DNA of 64,000 bases from Octopus sinensis (taxonomy: Eukaryota). The notes under the pieces are model-generated. The model was not told where the DNA came from. It saw nothing but the letters and a program-made list of their open reading frames with translations, and did no database searches. Below, piece after piece: positions 24,741 to 37,914 of the stretch. The DNA is taken from positions 114,762,001 through 114,826,000 of the forward strand of contig NC_042999.1 of assembly GCF_006345805.1 (NCBI RefSeq), written 5' to 3'. Every line of letters begins with the position of its first letter. The stretch's first letter is position 1. A program made the position numbers and the translations under genes.

Positions 24741-24866
24741 TAGCAGAAGCACTACACATAAGAAAACAAAAATCTTGCAGCATTCGTAGCTATGCTCAAA
24801 GGCAGGAGTGGGACAATTTCAAGAAATTAAGAATTCATTTTAAAATATTCTCATATCTGATCTTTA

Positions 24867-25244
24867 TTAGGGAAAACGGTTACAACAACAGATGTGTTTT
24901 TTGGTTATACTGAACATCTGCGGCGAAGCATAAAACGAATCTTCTTGATCGATAGACAGCGGAAAATCCAACGCTTCGGGTAAAGTACTTTTTCTGGGAG
25001 AAGTAGGCAAGAGTGAAATTAAAGACACACCAAAGTATTACATCCTCTATGTTAGGAAAACGGTTATAACAACCTATGTATTTTTGGTCATACTGAACAT
25101 CTGAAGCGAAGCATAAACCGAATCATCTTGATCGATAGACAGTGGAAAATCCAACGTTTCGGGTAAAGTACTTCTTCAGGGAGATGTAGGCAGGAGTGAA
25201 ATTAAAGACACACCAAAGTATTACATCCTCTATGTTAGGAAAAC
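24867..25244 (-). repeat. Tandem 2 x ~183-bp repeat, each unit with a hammerhead-like core
   Basis: ggaaaac at 24871, 25055 and 25238; ggaaaatcca at 24961 and 25144. Confidence 0.9.
25150..25182 (-). ncRNA. Minimal hammerhead-like motif in unit 2; more decayed copy near 24967-24999
   Basis: Minus TCC-CTGAAGA-agtactttaccc-GAAA-CG-TT-GGA: intact cores, 3-bp stem I, AACGTT palindrome, imperfect stem II (gta/tac). Confidence 0.55.
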
Positions 25245-25681
25245 TTACTGCAACTGATGAGCAACAGAAGACGGCGTGAGCTTCGTACGTTAGCAGGAAG
25301 CTGTAGCCCAGCGGCACTTGGTGGAAGAGATAACATGCGCAAACTTTGCGGCACTCTTTATACGCTGCTCATAGAAGACGTACATTGTTTCCTTGCTCCA
25401 GTCAAGTGGGAAAGGAAGCTCTCTTTCTTTAACAAGAAGGTTATGTTTACTTGTCTTTAATTTAAATTCAAGCCACGGTGAGGCTTTATAAATACTTTTA
25501 TTTCGGTTTTGTTTTCTTATTTATTCTACGTTATGCATAATTAGACGTATATACAATGTATGTTCGAGTAAAATTATATATAACATGTTCGAGTGCAGTC
25601 TGACATGGGAAGAACTTTTGCTGTAGAAATATTCTCGGGAAAAAATCTCCTCGACATGTGTGAAAACACATTGGACTGCAA

Positions 25682-25749
25682 TGACAGACAGACAGACAGG
25701 CATACAGACAATCAGACAGACATACAGACATACAGACAGGCAGACAGAC

Positions 25750-25821
<72 letters not shown>

Positions 25822-25841
25822 TGATAGATAGACAGATAGAC

Positions 25842-25915
<74 letters not shown>
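25682..25915. repeat. (GACA)n/(GATA)n microsatellite
   Basis: Direct reading. Confidence 0.95.
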
Positions 25916-25917
<2 letters not shown>

Positions 25918-26950
25918 TATAGGTAAATGTATATGAGTGAAAAAGAGCTATGCGAGATATTGTGCATTGCTTCATTTTGCTTCTGCTTAAGTGTATGAAC
26001 ATATATATAAGCCTCTATCTCGAGTGTGTGTGTATTTGTTTCAGACACAGTGCTAAGTGTAAGCAACAATAATGTTTATACTGAGAAGTGAAGTTAAATG
26101 GAAACACTTGAACTAAAGCAATTTTTCTAAGCAATATTCAGCAGAACTATTCATTCATTTATTTGAAAATTAACAATTTAGATATAAACATAATTCACTC
26201 TATAATAATTCATAATATAGTTGCACAAACGTTTTGCTTTCGTTTCTGTTTGTTAGTCATTTATTTCTTCTATGTATTTTTCTCGTTTTGTTCTAAAACC
26301 TAGAATATTCTATTTGGCAATCCCTCAAGGAGCATTGTAAAAGAAGGACATCAGCTAAGTCATATTTAATATCTTTCCCAATATGTAGTTTGATAGGCAA
26401 TATGTTTTTTTTTTCAGCAAATAAAAACAGTTAAAAAGAATGAAAAAGAGAGAAAAACATGAACAAAGATACTTGCTTGCACTACAGATCATATTCAGTG
26501 GTTGGATTATATATAAATCTTATAAAGAAGTGATTTTTTAAATATGATATTTATCTATTTTATATATCTGTATATTTGTTTTCGCAAGCTTTGTATATTT
26601 ATCTCTTCTATGTGTTCATATGTGTATATGTGTATGTGAGTTTGCCTGTGTGTGTATAGATATAGATATATGTGTGTATATATATAAGTGTATATGTGCG
26701 TATGTTTGTTTGCATGTATGCATACGTTTTGTATTGCAGTGTTAGTCTTAACTACTGTTCCATTCACATGGTGTCATTAGATGACGTGTCAACATATATA
26801 CAAATATATACACGCATACATGATACATACACTGAGAATTCATATCCATAGTTTTCTCTGCCTGTACATTTATATATATATATGCATATATATATGCATA
26901 TGTAGATACATGTATAAATATATTCATGTATATGTACACACACACACACA

Positions 26951-27029
<79 letters not shown>

Positions 27030-27030
<1 letters not shown>

Positions 27031-27953
27031 TGCTTTCTTTAACATGATACCGAGAAGAAAAGGATACCCTAATATTTAAATGGTCCGCAGGTGCTAAATC
27101 TGGCGAATAGGGCGGGTGCGGAAGCGATATCATGATGTTCTTGACGATAAAATCCAGAGTGAGGAGAACGCGTTTGCAGGGTGCATTGTCATCGTGAAGA
27201 ATCTAATTCTTTGCGCTTCACAGATCCAATTACTTTCGCCAAATGTCGTCCCTCAGACACTTCAAAACATCGCAGTAGAACACTCGATTGACGGTCTGGC
27301 TCTGAGGGACGAATTGTCGAAGCACAATAACGCGGATGTCGAATGAAAAAAATGATGAGCATGCTCTTCTTTGAGCTGCGACTCTGTTGTGCTTTCTTCG
27401 GTCATGGAGATGAAAGCCTCTTCCATTGGGACGACTGCTGCTTCGTCTTTGAGTCGTACACGTTAACCCAACTCTCGTCACTGGTGATGATCCTCGACAT
27501 GAAGTAGATCTTGACAGACATCGATGCAACCTTCTTTTTGCTCAGTGGTCAGAGACACACTGCATGTACAATTTAGACATTAGGATTGCCCACGTGGACT
27601 CATACGACAGACCAATAACACCAGTAATGCGACTGATCGTCCTCATGCACAAGCTGATGAATTTTCTCCACATGTCCAGGGGTGACGTTCGTGGCAGGTC
27701 TTCCAGATCGCTCATCGTTTTCCAAGAACGTTCCTCCGCCTTTGAAGCGTCCCTGCCACTCGAAACATTGCGACTACAGCATACACATGATCACAAAAAA
27801 CACAAATTTCGCAACTTACGAAGTAAACACAGCAATGCCAATTGGCACACTGCCTCATGAAAGTCACTGCTAGCTGACACTGCACATGAAACAGTGTGCT
27901 ACAATCTGCTGGCACACTACAGAGCTAGTCCAGGAATTTTCGATACCACCTCG
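27030..27953 (-). mobile_element. Decayed mariner transposon, one end lost in (GA)n
   Basis: Minus: LEDDERSGRP, ITGDESWV.VYD.KTKQQSSQW, FVPQSQTVNRVFYCDVL, LPHPPYSPDLAP; TIR TA-cgaggtggtatcgaaaattcctgga at 27929-27955. Confidence 0.88.
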
Positions 27954-29479
27954 TATAGTCGTAAATTCTAGTATGCTTTGCTTACTTGGTTGTGACTTAC
28001 CAAGGAATCCAATATCCGATGATAACCGTCTTCTTCAGTTATGGTCTTGTAAGGCTGAATCTAGTATGTACAGCTTCGGTCGAAGACATAACAAATATTT
28101 GGTCAGAAATGCTGTGTGTAGATATATGCGTAAGGTTTTTTATCGATTTTCCAGCCGCACTTTTTCTTTTTAATATCTTGTTTCTTTTTAATATTTTGAA
28201 TCCTCAGCCAATGATGAGACTACGAAATTTAGCAACGAGTGACAATGTCCTTCATTATTTAAGGTTGATACTGCTCTACTTTAAAGTGATCTTTAACTGG
28301 TCTTTGAGCTGTTTCCTTGATTTTCCTGTTAGACGTAGACCATGATGTATGTAAATGGCCGTAGGACTTTGTAAGAATAAGACGTAAGTCACACATGCGC
28401 ACTACTAGTCCGAACCGTCCCAGTTGATGTCTGAATAGTGTGAATTGACTACTGTCAGCATTGATTTGCTTGAGAATTTCAGCATGAGCATTAATGCATT
28501 ATCACATCATTCATCTGCAAACGTTATCCTATTCTATATTCGTATGTAGAGTGACTCAATGTCGGGTTAGCATCAATCATACCCTGACGATAATGTTGTT
28601 GCTGTTGCTGCTGTTGTTTAGATTTAACTAAGCCCTAATAGTTAATAGATCAGAGAGCTGGTAAGAAAATATTTCAGCCATCACCATCCTGCCTGTTATT
28701 GAGAAACCCCGGACTATATTATTTCTGTTATTTGGTAAGACAATAGAATGTGATTTGGTTGTTATTTCTAGCAATTCGTTGTCCACATAGAGTTTCTTTC
28801 ATTAGCTGACCTCCATGTGGCTCAGAGTTTTTATTTTTTAGTATTGTTACAAGATATTTTGGTCGTTCAATATAGTTGGTCAAAATTACTTCTAAAAGCA
28901 ATGTGTAACTGTATCATGCAAAGATCTTTTTGATGGAGTGGTTAAACTCCATTGATGAAGTTTTCATCCAAACTAGAGATATGTGATGGACTTAAAGCAG
29001 ACTTGGACACTCTTTCACTGACTGGGTGACCCTGAAAATACTTAAATCGTTAGTGGTTTGATATATTTGAAACTAATATATTCAGAATCTATTTGTAAAA
29101 GAAGTCTTCATTAGTCCCTCGATTTGGCATCACCTGGCACCTTGGACACATTTACTGGAAGAGTCCACTCTGTTGAAAGCATTTGAACTAGGTACCCGGT
29201 TCGAAGATATCTTCCTCCCCGTTTCTCCTACTCGTCTCAGAAGCCATGATAAAGGAACATAGACACTACCCTCCTTTAAGATGAAGAGACGAAACAGTAC
29301 AGAAAAATAGACCGATGGCTTTCAGAATCGGCTAACACACACACATACATACATATATATAAGGATAACATTTTTCAAAAACATTTTATCAGTGGCCACC
29401 ACAGACGATCTAAGGTCTATTTTTCACCATATTATCATAGAAAATGGGGTTTTTGCCCTTATTTATAATTGTTTATATA

Positions 29480-29870
29480 TATGAAAGTATGGTAAGAAGC
29501 TTGCTTACGAACCACATGGTTCCGGATTCAGTACCACTGCGTGGCATCTTGAATGAGTGTCTTCTACTATAGCCTTAGGTCGACCAAAGCCTTGAGAGTG
29601 AATTTGATAGATGGAAACTGAAAGGCGCTTGTCGTATATGTATGTTTATGTTTGTGTGTCTTTGTGTTTGCATTTGTCCCCCAACCATCGCTTGAAAACT
29701 GATGTTGGTGTGTTTACGTCTCCGTAACTTAGTGGCTCGGCAAAAATGAAGTGATATACTAAGTACTAGGCTTACAAAGAATAAGTCCCGAGGTTGATTT
29801 CTGCAACTAAAACCCTTTAAGGCGGTGTTCCAGCATGACCGCATTCAAATGACTGAAGCAAGTAAAAGAA
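29480..29870 (+). mobile_element. SINE family B
   Basis: Homologous to 23720-24105 end to end. Confidence 0.9.
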
Positions 29871-29950
29871 TATATGTATGGATGTAGTGAAAGATATGTG
29901 TGTGTGTGTGTGTGTTGTTTATGTGTGTGTGCGTATGTGTGTGTGTATGC

Positions 29951-30010
<60 letters not shown>

Positions 30011-30060
30011 TATATGCATATATGTATGTGTGCAACTGTTGATGCATGTATGTATGTTTA

Positions 30061-30094
30061 TCTACCTACCTACCTGCCTACCTATCCATATCTA

Positions 30095-30139
<45 letters not shown>

Positions 30140-30173
30140 GTCTGTCTGTCTATCTATCTGTCTGTCTGTCTGA

Positions 30174-30208
<35 letters not shown>

Positions 30209-30989
30209 TCTATAGGTCTATCTATGTGCTTATCATATATCACACATATTTCTACGCATATGCGTGTATATGATGTGTCAATGATAGGCAGTTCGTACAA
30301 AATAAGCAACAAAATAACATAAAAGTAAGAATTGATCTTTTGTGTACATCGATTTGAATCCATTTAAGCGGTTCTTTGCATGCTTAAGTATTAACTGTCA
30401 AGATTTCAGCTAAAATTCATCTGAACCTAAAACAATATTTGTCAAATATACTTTAAATTATAGATAAAACAATTAAAAGTGTGTTCGATATGAGTTCACA
30501 GACCTGAAATCTTTTACAAACTTTTATACATACGAACATAGATACATACATGCATACATACATATATGTATGCATGTATGTATCTATGTACGTATGTATA
30601 AAAGTTTGTAAAAGATTTCAGGTCTGTGAACTCATATCGAACACACTTTTAATTGTTTTATCTATAATTTAAAGTATATTTGACAAATATTGTTTTAGGT
30701 TCAGATGAATTTTAGCTGAAATCTTGACAGTTAATACTTAAGCATGCAAAGAACCGCTTAAATGGATTCAAATCGATGTACACTACTATCTAAATAAAAG
30801 ATCAATTCTTACTTTTATGTTATTTTGTTGCTTATTTTGTACGAACTGCCTATCATTGACACATCACATACACGCATATGCGTAGAAATATGTGTGATAT
30901 ATGATAAGCACATAGATAGACCTATAGATAGATAGATAGATAGATAGATAGACAGGCAGACAGACAGATCGACAGACAGACAGACAGAC

Positions 30990-31067
<78 letters not shown>
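30061..31067. repeat. ~1-kb near-perfect palindrome with a 4-nt loop at 30561-30564
   Basis: Arms are reverse complements apart from 2 substitutions and a 12-nt indel seen in the non-microsatellite part; the right arm resumes at 34867-35075. Confidence 0.95.
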
Positions 31068-34000
31068 CAGTGGCGTGCGGTGACTTCCGGCGTTGGGCAT
31101 GCAATTAATTTCATTGCCCCCCCCTCCCACCGGCAATTTTTCAGTAAAACATTTTCGTATTCCTACGATTTACATATAAGAGATTCTGAATATGCAGAAT
31201 AAACAGGGAATAAAAAATGGCTGTGCAGAGATGATCCTGAAATAAGTGTATTGTTTGTATTATTCTTTGCTCTTCGAAACGTCAGTACTTTCCCATCCTC
31301 ATTCTCCCTTAGAAAAGTCTAAAAATCATAAGTGAAATGTAATAAAGATGAAATTGGATTCTGTCAATATTTTTGCATATTCAGAATCTCTGTTAAAGGT
31401 AGGAATCCGAAAAAAAATTTTCACATAAGTTCGTTTTTCAAAGGGGTGCGATTCTGCATTAGCCCCTATACCTATCGGTTGAGCTGAATGAAATGATTTA
31501 ATTAAAAGAACACATTTAGTTACATTATATGGCCATGGTTTTAGATCGTTACGCTCTCGAAGACAAGTCAGGTTCTTTATCATGCTACTTGTCAATTCCG
31601 GGAAAATTATTGACTGTTCTGAGACTTACTGAACTCCGTACATTAAAGGACTACGTCTCACGCACAAACATTGAAAATACACGCATATACATGAATACGC
31701 ACACAATGAAAGACAGCGAAAATTCAACATTGTAAAAAGCCTCCCAAAACTGTTGTGGCAGAAGTCAACATCTCTGAGATTGAAACAAGACACTTATTGA
31801 AAATGAAACAAAACACTTATTTACGGCCGTAAATAGACTACACCCAGCAGCACAGAAAGGGAAATCTATGTAGGTAGGTTTCACGAAGAAATCAAAACAT
31901 TTCTCCTGCGAAACAATACTGATGTAAGAAGGTCGAACCTTACGTTATAACAAACACTAAGCAAAACCTGTAATATATGCTCTTTAATATATATTTTTTT
32001 TAATGTTTTAAAATGTTACTTATCTCATTTATAAATTAATTCAATTCTTCGATCTTTCTGGGCAAATATATCTATCACATTTTCATAGAAATCTTCTCTT
32101 TTCATCAATTCTTGTAATAAATCTTTTTCAATTGACATTAGTGCTAACCCAGACAGTCTTCTTTCTCCTGTCGCATTTCTTTGGTATGTTCTAATTCTAC
32201 TTAATGCAGAAAAGGATCGCTCTACAGAAGCAGTGGTAGACGGAATTGTCAAAATCAACTTGCACAGATTGAAGAGTTCTGGCATAGCTTCAACAAGATC
32301 AGTGCTGTTAATGTAACTCATTAAATGACTTACACTTGGTTTTTTAAAATCTTTCATTGAATACATCACATTGAGCTCACTTTGTAATCGTATTACATCA
32401 AAAAATCTGCCATAAGTTGTTCTTAAAGAATCTAAAGAGTCCACAGGAAATTGTTTGCAATACTCATCAACTTTGTTGAAATTCAAAAGTTCCATGAATT
32501 TAACTCTTCTAAGGATGAATATCGTGCTTTTATTTGGTCAACTATTGTACTTATAATTTTTGTTATAAAGCGTTCTATAATGTCGTTGGAGATCAATAGA
32601 TATATTCTTGGATCTCTGAATTCCGATTCCTGCATCGACTCCATATTTTTCCCCTAACCTATCATAAAAGACTGAAAAATTATCAAGTTTGTTTTCGAGT
32701 ACAGTTCTAGTTTTATCTATTTGCTGTTACAATACACTATGTCATGACTTTTACTCTGGAGTATGTAAATAAGACGTCAGTAAAAGAAAAAATGTCACTG
32801 AATACCTCTAACAAAAATAAGAATCAGGAGCTTTTAAAATGTGTAAGAATCCAATTGCTGAATTTATGGTGGTCTCATCCCATGCTTCAGGATTTTCAAT
32901 GATGTGTTCAAAAAGGCTGATTATGAAATTATAATTTTCCTTGTGGTAATATAAGAAGACGTGAGTAATTCCATCTAGTTGCTGTTGCTTTCGGAAATCT
33001 TTTTTTAACAATATTATCTAATGCATTAGTCCTTTTCGGTGATTTCGTAAAAAATGTACCGAGTCCATTTATTGTAGAAAAAAATATCTTGCATTCTTTC
33101 ATAGCAGAGCATGATTGTGAAAGAACTAAATTTAGGATATGGGCACAACAATGAATAAAGATCACACATTCATATTTCTTTCTTACTTTTGCCTGTAACC
33201 CATTTAGTTGTCCTGTCATTGTAGCGGCACCATCATATGTCTGCGCAATCAATTTGTTTCCACATTCCCACGTCTCAATGCATTTAAAAACATGTTCAGA
33301 TAAAGCATTTGCAGATCGATCTGCACTAACATCACTAAAACGATAAATCGTTCTTTCGTCACACAGTCTTCTGTAACATAACGTAAAACTGTTGACAGTT
33401 GTGAAGATGCTGAGACATCAGATGTCTCATCAACAAGAATAGAAACAAACTTAGCTTGGTCAATTTCCTTCTGCATCTCATTCAACATAACTTTATGAAT
33501 TGCTTCGATCAAGTCATTTTGAATTCTGTTCGACAGACCAGTGAAGATAGAAGCTGTATCTAAATGACTTTCCATTTGTTTGTCATACTTACTGATCAAA
33601 TAAACGAGTTCTTTATAATTTCCCCGATTATTAGAGCCTTCAGATTCAAAATGACCCCGAAACGATAATTCCTGGAGGCCTAAAAAATAACAACATCGAT
33701 CAATCGTTGCAGAATGGATCTGTTTCGTCGAACTTTCTCATTATGCTGTTGTATGCTTTGATTTTTACGTGCATCTAATTGTAAGTCTATGCGAACATTC
33801 CCGAATATTTTAAGGTCTATCAAACATTTTATATGCCTTTGAGAACGCTCGTGCTTTAGCATAGCCATATGTAAATTATTTAAATCATCATAGCCTTTAT
33901 CATTCCAAACATTTTTTCTAAGCCAAAAAGTAAACACGGCCAACAGAATAATTTATTAAGAGCAACACTTCCAGTTAACCATTTCTTCTTTTCATACGAA

Positions 34001-34865
34001 TTAACCTGAAATTGTCTCGTGAATTTCTTTTGTTGTAGCTTCGCAAATTAGGTAAATTCGGTGTTGGTCTCCCGCGATTTATAATTAATTTTTTCCCATC
34101 GAAGTCCCTTTTAGAAAAACTAGTTCTCAAAATATCGTTTATAGCACACATTTCACTCATTTTTAAAAAAGCTGCTCTTATTTAAGGACCCACGAGGAAG
34201 CGCCGGCGTAAATTTTAAGTCAATTTCAACAAAACGGAAAAATACCCTTTGTTAAATTAATTTAAGATTAATTAGCTATTTCTGAAATAAGAAATATAAT
34301 GTAGATATTTTTGCTTTCAAAACTTTCTAAAAATATGATAGTGCAAACGGATGTTTTGGATAAAAAATTTCAAACTTACATGCGAAGGCTATTCCAACAT
34401 TTCAGCTGGCTAAAACAAGAATTATGGGACGGCTCGTGTTCCGGTCAAAATAGCCAGAGGCGTGATATGCGATCTAAGCACAGCATGACACGCCAAACTG
34501 AATTTGTCGAATCGCTGAGAGAGAAGGGGGTGACCATTCCTCGTAGTATATCTTTTAAACAAAGAAAGAGGGAGAAGGGACAAACTATCAAAGACAGAGA
34601 GAAGGGACTCATGCTGTCTTCCCAACGCATGACAAGCGATAAATTTATCGAGTCACTAAGATAGAGAGAGAGAGAGAGAGAGAGAGGAAGGAAGGACAAA
34701 CTAATACAGACAGAGAGGGAGTGTGTATCATGCGATCTGCTAAAAGCATTTATCAAAGCAGATGTACGAAGTGGAGACAATATTTCTAAAACAACTGGAC
34801 GTATTTTCTTTGAAACAAGGAAGGCATGCAGCGCATACCTTGCATTGCTGAGAGTGCACGCCCCT

Positions 34866-34866
<1 letters not shown>
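31068..34866 (-). mobile_element. hAT DNA transposon (ZMYM1-like/TTF-zinc-finger type), 3.8 kb
   Basis: 11-bp TIR cagtggcgtgc / gcacgcccctg with 1 mismatch; 8-bp TSD ATAGATAG inside (GATA)n; transposase remnants on the minus strand. Confidence 0.92.
32025..34160 (-). pseudogene. Frameshifted hAT transposase
   Basis: SILVDETSDVS, QTYDGAATMTG, FIHCCAHILNL, TRWN, LTIPSTTASVERSFSALSRI (dimerization domain), split over at least 6 ORFs. Confidence 0.92.
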
Positions 34867-35310
<444 letters not shown>

Positions 35311-35927
35311 GCATACATACACAGAGCGAGAAAGGCAGATGGATAGACAGGCAGATTGATAGTCATACAGATACAAACAACTCTAGACAAAACACGTACA
35401 GCAATAGTCCATCTGTCACGCAGGTTAGTAAAACATTAAATTACCAATATACGACAGGCCCAACTCGGTTTATGTTGATAAAGTAGGACGTTACATAAGT
35501 TGTTAAGAATTTAATATTTAATGCAGTGTTTGAAATGTTCATTATGTAAATTCCGTCAATATAATCCGATATTAGGTTGTCGACACCATCTGTCAACCAT
35601 ATTGCAACATGTACACACACACATACGCACGCACACACACACACACACACACACATACGCGCGCGCGCACACACACACACACACTCACACTCACACACAC
35701 ATACAAATAGGTATGTGAGTGAGTCAATTCATGTTTGGAGTGTTACTTGGAGTGTAATGGTACCACGACCAGCCGAGATACGCTACTACCTCGATTCGAA
35801 GCACGAAGGTGGTTGCCTTTTCCTTTAAGTGCTTTTCTATTTTATATTAATGTATTATGAGTAACTAGGTATAATTACACTTGCATTCAAGTTACATCAT
35901 TAAACATACATATATACATACATACAT

Positions 35928-36375
35928 CAGGTTTATTCCTGTAATTATTGGGGCACTGGGATATGTAACACACTGCCTAAATACCAATCTTGAGAGATTA
36001 CGCTTCTTAAAACCAGAAAGGAGAAAGCTACTTCGAAAACTACATATTCAATCCATCACTGGAACTGTAAAAATTTTTGAACTTATCAAAATTTAGCATT
36101 TAAATATAAGCATGTCTAGATATGCAATTATCTGCATCAGAATACATACATAAAACAAAACATACAAATTTACACATATACATACATAGATACATGCATA
36201 CACACATACATACATACATACATACATACATACATACATACATACATACATACTTACATACATACATAGAAAAATATCCTGTTGTTGATGTTGAAATTCC
36301 AATGAAGGAGCCTTGGATCTAGGTAAGAAACCGGCTCATTCTCTATCGACGAGAAATCTTGAAATAAAACTGAAT
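35928..36375 (+). mobile_element. RLE-type LINE 3' end (GTVKI-type C-terminus) with a (CATA)n 5' flank and (CATA)n in the 3' region
   Basis: FIPVIIGALGYVTHCLNTNLERL...QSITGTVKI; related to 42362-42772. Confidence 0.75.
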
Positions 36376-36419
36376 AATGACACCCCTACCATCACCCACC
36401 ACCCCCACACACGCGCGCG

Positions 36420-36461
<42 letters not shown>

Positions 36462-36484
36462 GACTTACACACACACACAAATAC

Positions 36485-36870
36485 ACAGGGTGCGCCAATT
36501 TTGTTTTTTTTTTCTTTAAGAAAAAGACGCATAGCCCATTAAAAGAAAATGTTGCATTTGAAAACAAATTGGAAGAGATAATCTTGAGAATCCTTTTATC
36601 ACACCTATTCAATGAATCCTCTGTTAGCAACAATGGCTGTTTCAATACGGGGTCGGAAGCATTGACAAGTCCGAATCAGATGATCTTTATCAATTTTGGA
36701 AACAGTGCTGCTTATAGCGGACTTGAGAGATTGTATGAAGTCATGGAACTGTCGATTGACCTCTCTCTCAACTATACCCCATACGGAATAGTCAATTGGA
36801 TTGAAGTCTGGTGTGCTAGGAGGCCATATGTCTGAGAGAACGTAATCACTGAGATTGGTGCACATCCATT
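36485..36870 (-). mobile_element. maT/DD37D (Tc1-mariner superfamily) 3' fragment
   Basis: WPPSTPDFNPIDYSVWGIVE...CFRPRIETAIVANRGFIE; terminus cagggtgcgcca. Confidence 0.82.
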
Positions 36871-36894
36871 TTTGTGTAAATTCATTATATTTAA

Positions 36895-37110
36895 TAGTAA
36901 GGTGGCTCAGTGGTTAGAGCGTTGAGCTTACGATCGTGAGGTCGTGAGTTCGATTCCCGGAGCGGGCTGCGTGTTGTGTTCTTGAGCAAGACACTTTATT
37001 TCACGTTACTCCAGTTTACTCGGGTGTAGAAATGAGTTACGACATCACTGGTGCCAAGCTGTATCGGCCTTTGCCTTTCCCTTGGATAGCATCGATGGCG
37101 TAGAGAAACA
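36895..37110 (+). mobile_element. SINE family C
   Basis: ggtggctcagtggttagagc (A box), gagttcgattccc (B box), ttgagcaagacactttatttcacgtt. Confidence 0.88.
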
Positions 37111-37145
37111 CAGACACAAAGACACACACACATATATACATATAT

Positions 37146-37216
<71 letters not shown>

Positions 37217-37369
37217 CTTCTTTCAGTTTCCTTCAACCAAATCCACGAAGAATTTTTTAATACTAAAAACCTTGCGGATATAAATTATTGCCATTCCCTT
37301 ATTACTTCCACTTACTCTTCCTTATTTTTACAGAGCTGTTGGTCACTTTCAACTTAATTTTGATTTCAA

Positions 37370-37570
37370 ATTTTGGCACAACGCCAGTAATTTCGGGGAA
37401 ATGGGTAAGTCGATTATATTAACCTCAGTGCTCAACTGGTACATTTTGTTTTATCCACCCTGAAATGATGGAAGGCAGCATTTGAACTCAGAACGTAAAG
37501 TCGGAAGAAGTGCCACTAAGCATTTTATCCGGCACGGTAACGATTCTGCCAGCTCACCGACCTTACCTTC
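37370..37570 (-). mobile_element. SINE family A
   Basis: Family-A head and core on the minus strand. Confidence 0.8.
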
Positions 37571-37914
37571 AACTTGATATTGAGCTGGAGTTTTCGAGAG
37601 TCTAGTAGCGTGGAACAATATTTCAGTCTTTTCCACAAAATTACGTGCTTTCTTAGTACAACCATACTTTTTTATTATTATAAATTACATTAAGACAAAA
37701 TTTTTAAAAAGCATATATTTCCGATGTAAGATACGAAATCCTGAGGATAGGGTTGAACGACCGAAAACTTACACATGTATTAACATCAGTTTATCTCAGA
37801 CATTTAGATATTTGCTTTTTCTGTTATTTGCTTTTTCTTGTTATTTTGTTCTGCATGATAAAAGAATTCATCTTGCTTATCGTCTGCACATGATTTCCAA
37901 GTTTACTACTCATT

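Noticed and set aside
28900-29300. CR1-like LINE 3' end
   Set aside because: Only a vague resemblance; no diagnostic motif could be read in any frame
31270-31290. GAAACGTCAGTAC as the 3' half of a hammerhead
   Set aside because: There is no upstream CUGANGA or matching stem I
34311-34664. 117-aa plus-strand ORF as a second hAT gene
   Set aside because: No recognisable motif, it runs into a (GA) repeat, and it lies antisense in the transposase leader
36895-36970. tRNA gene
   Set aside because: A and B boxes are present but there is no complete acceptor stem, and it runs straight into a SINE body shared with 3797-4020 and 9455-9660
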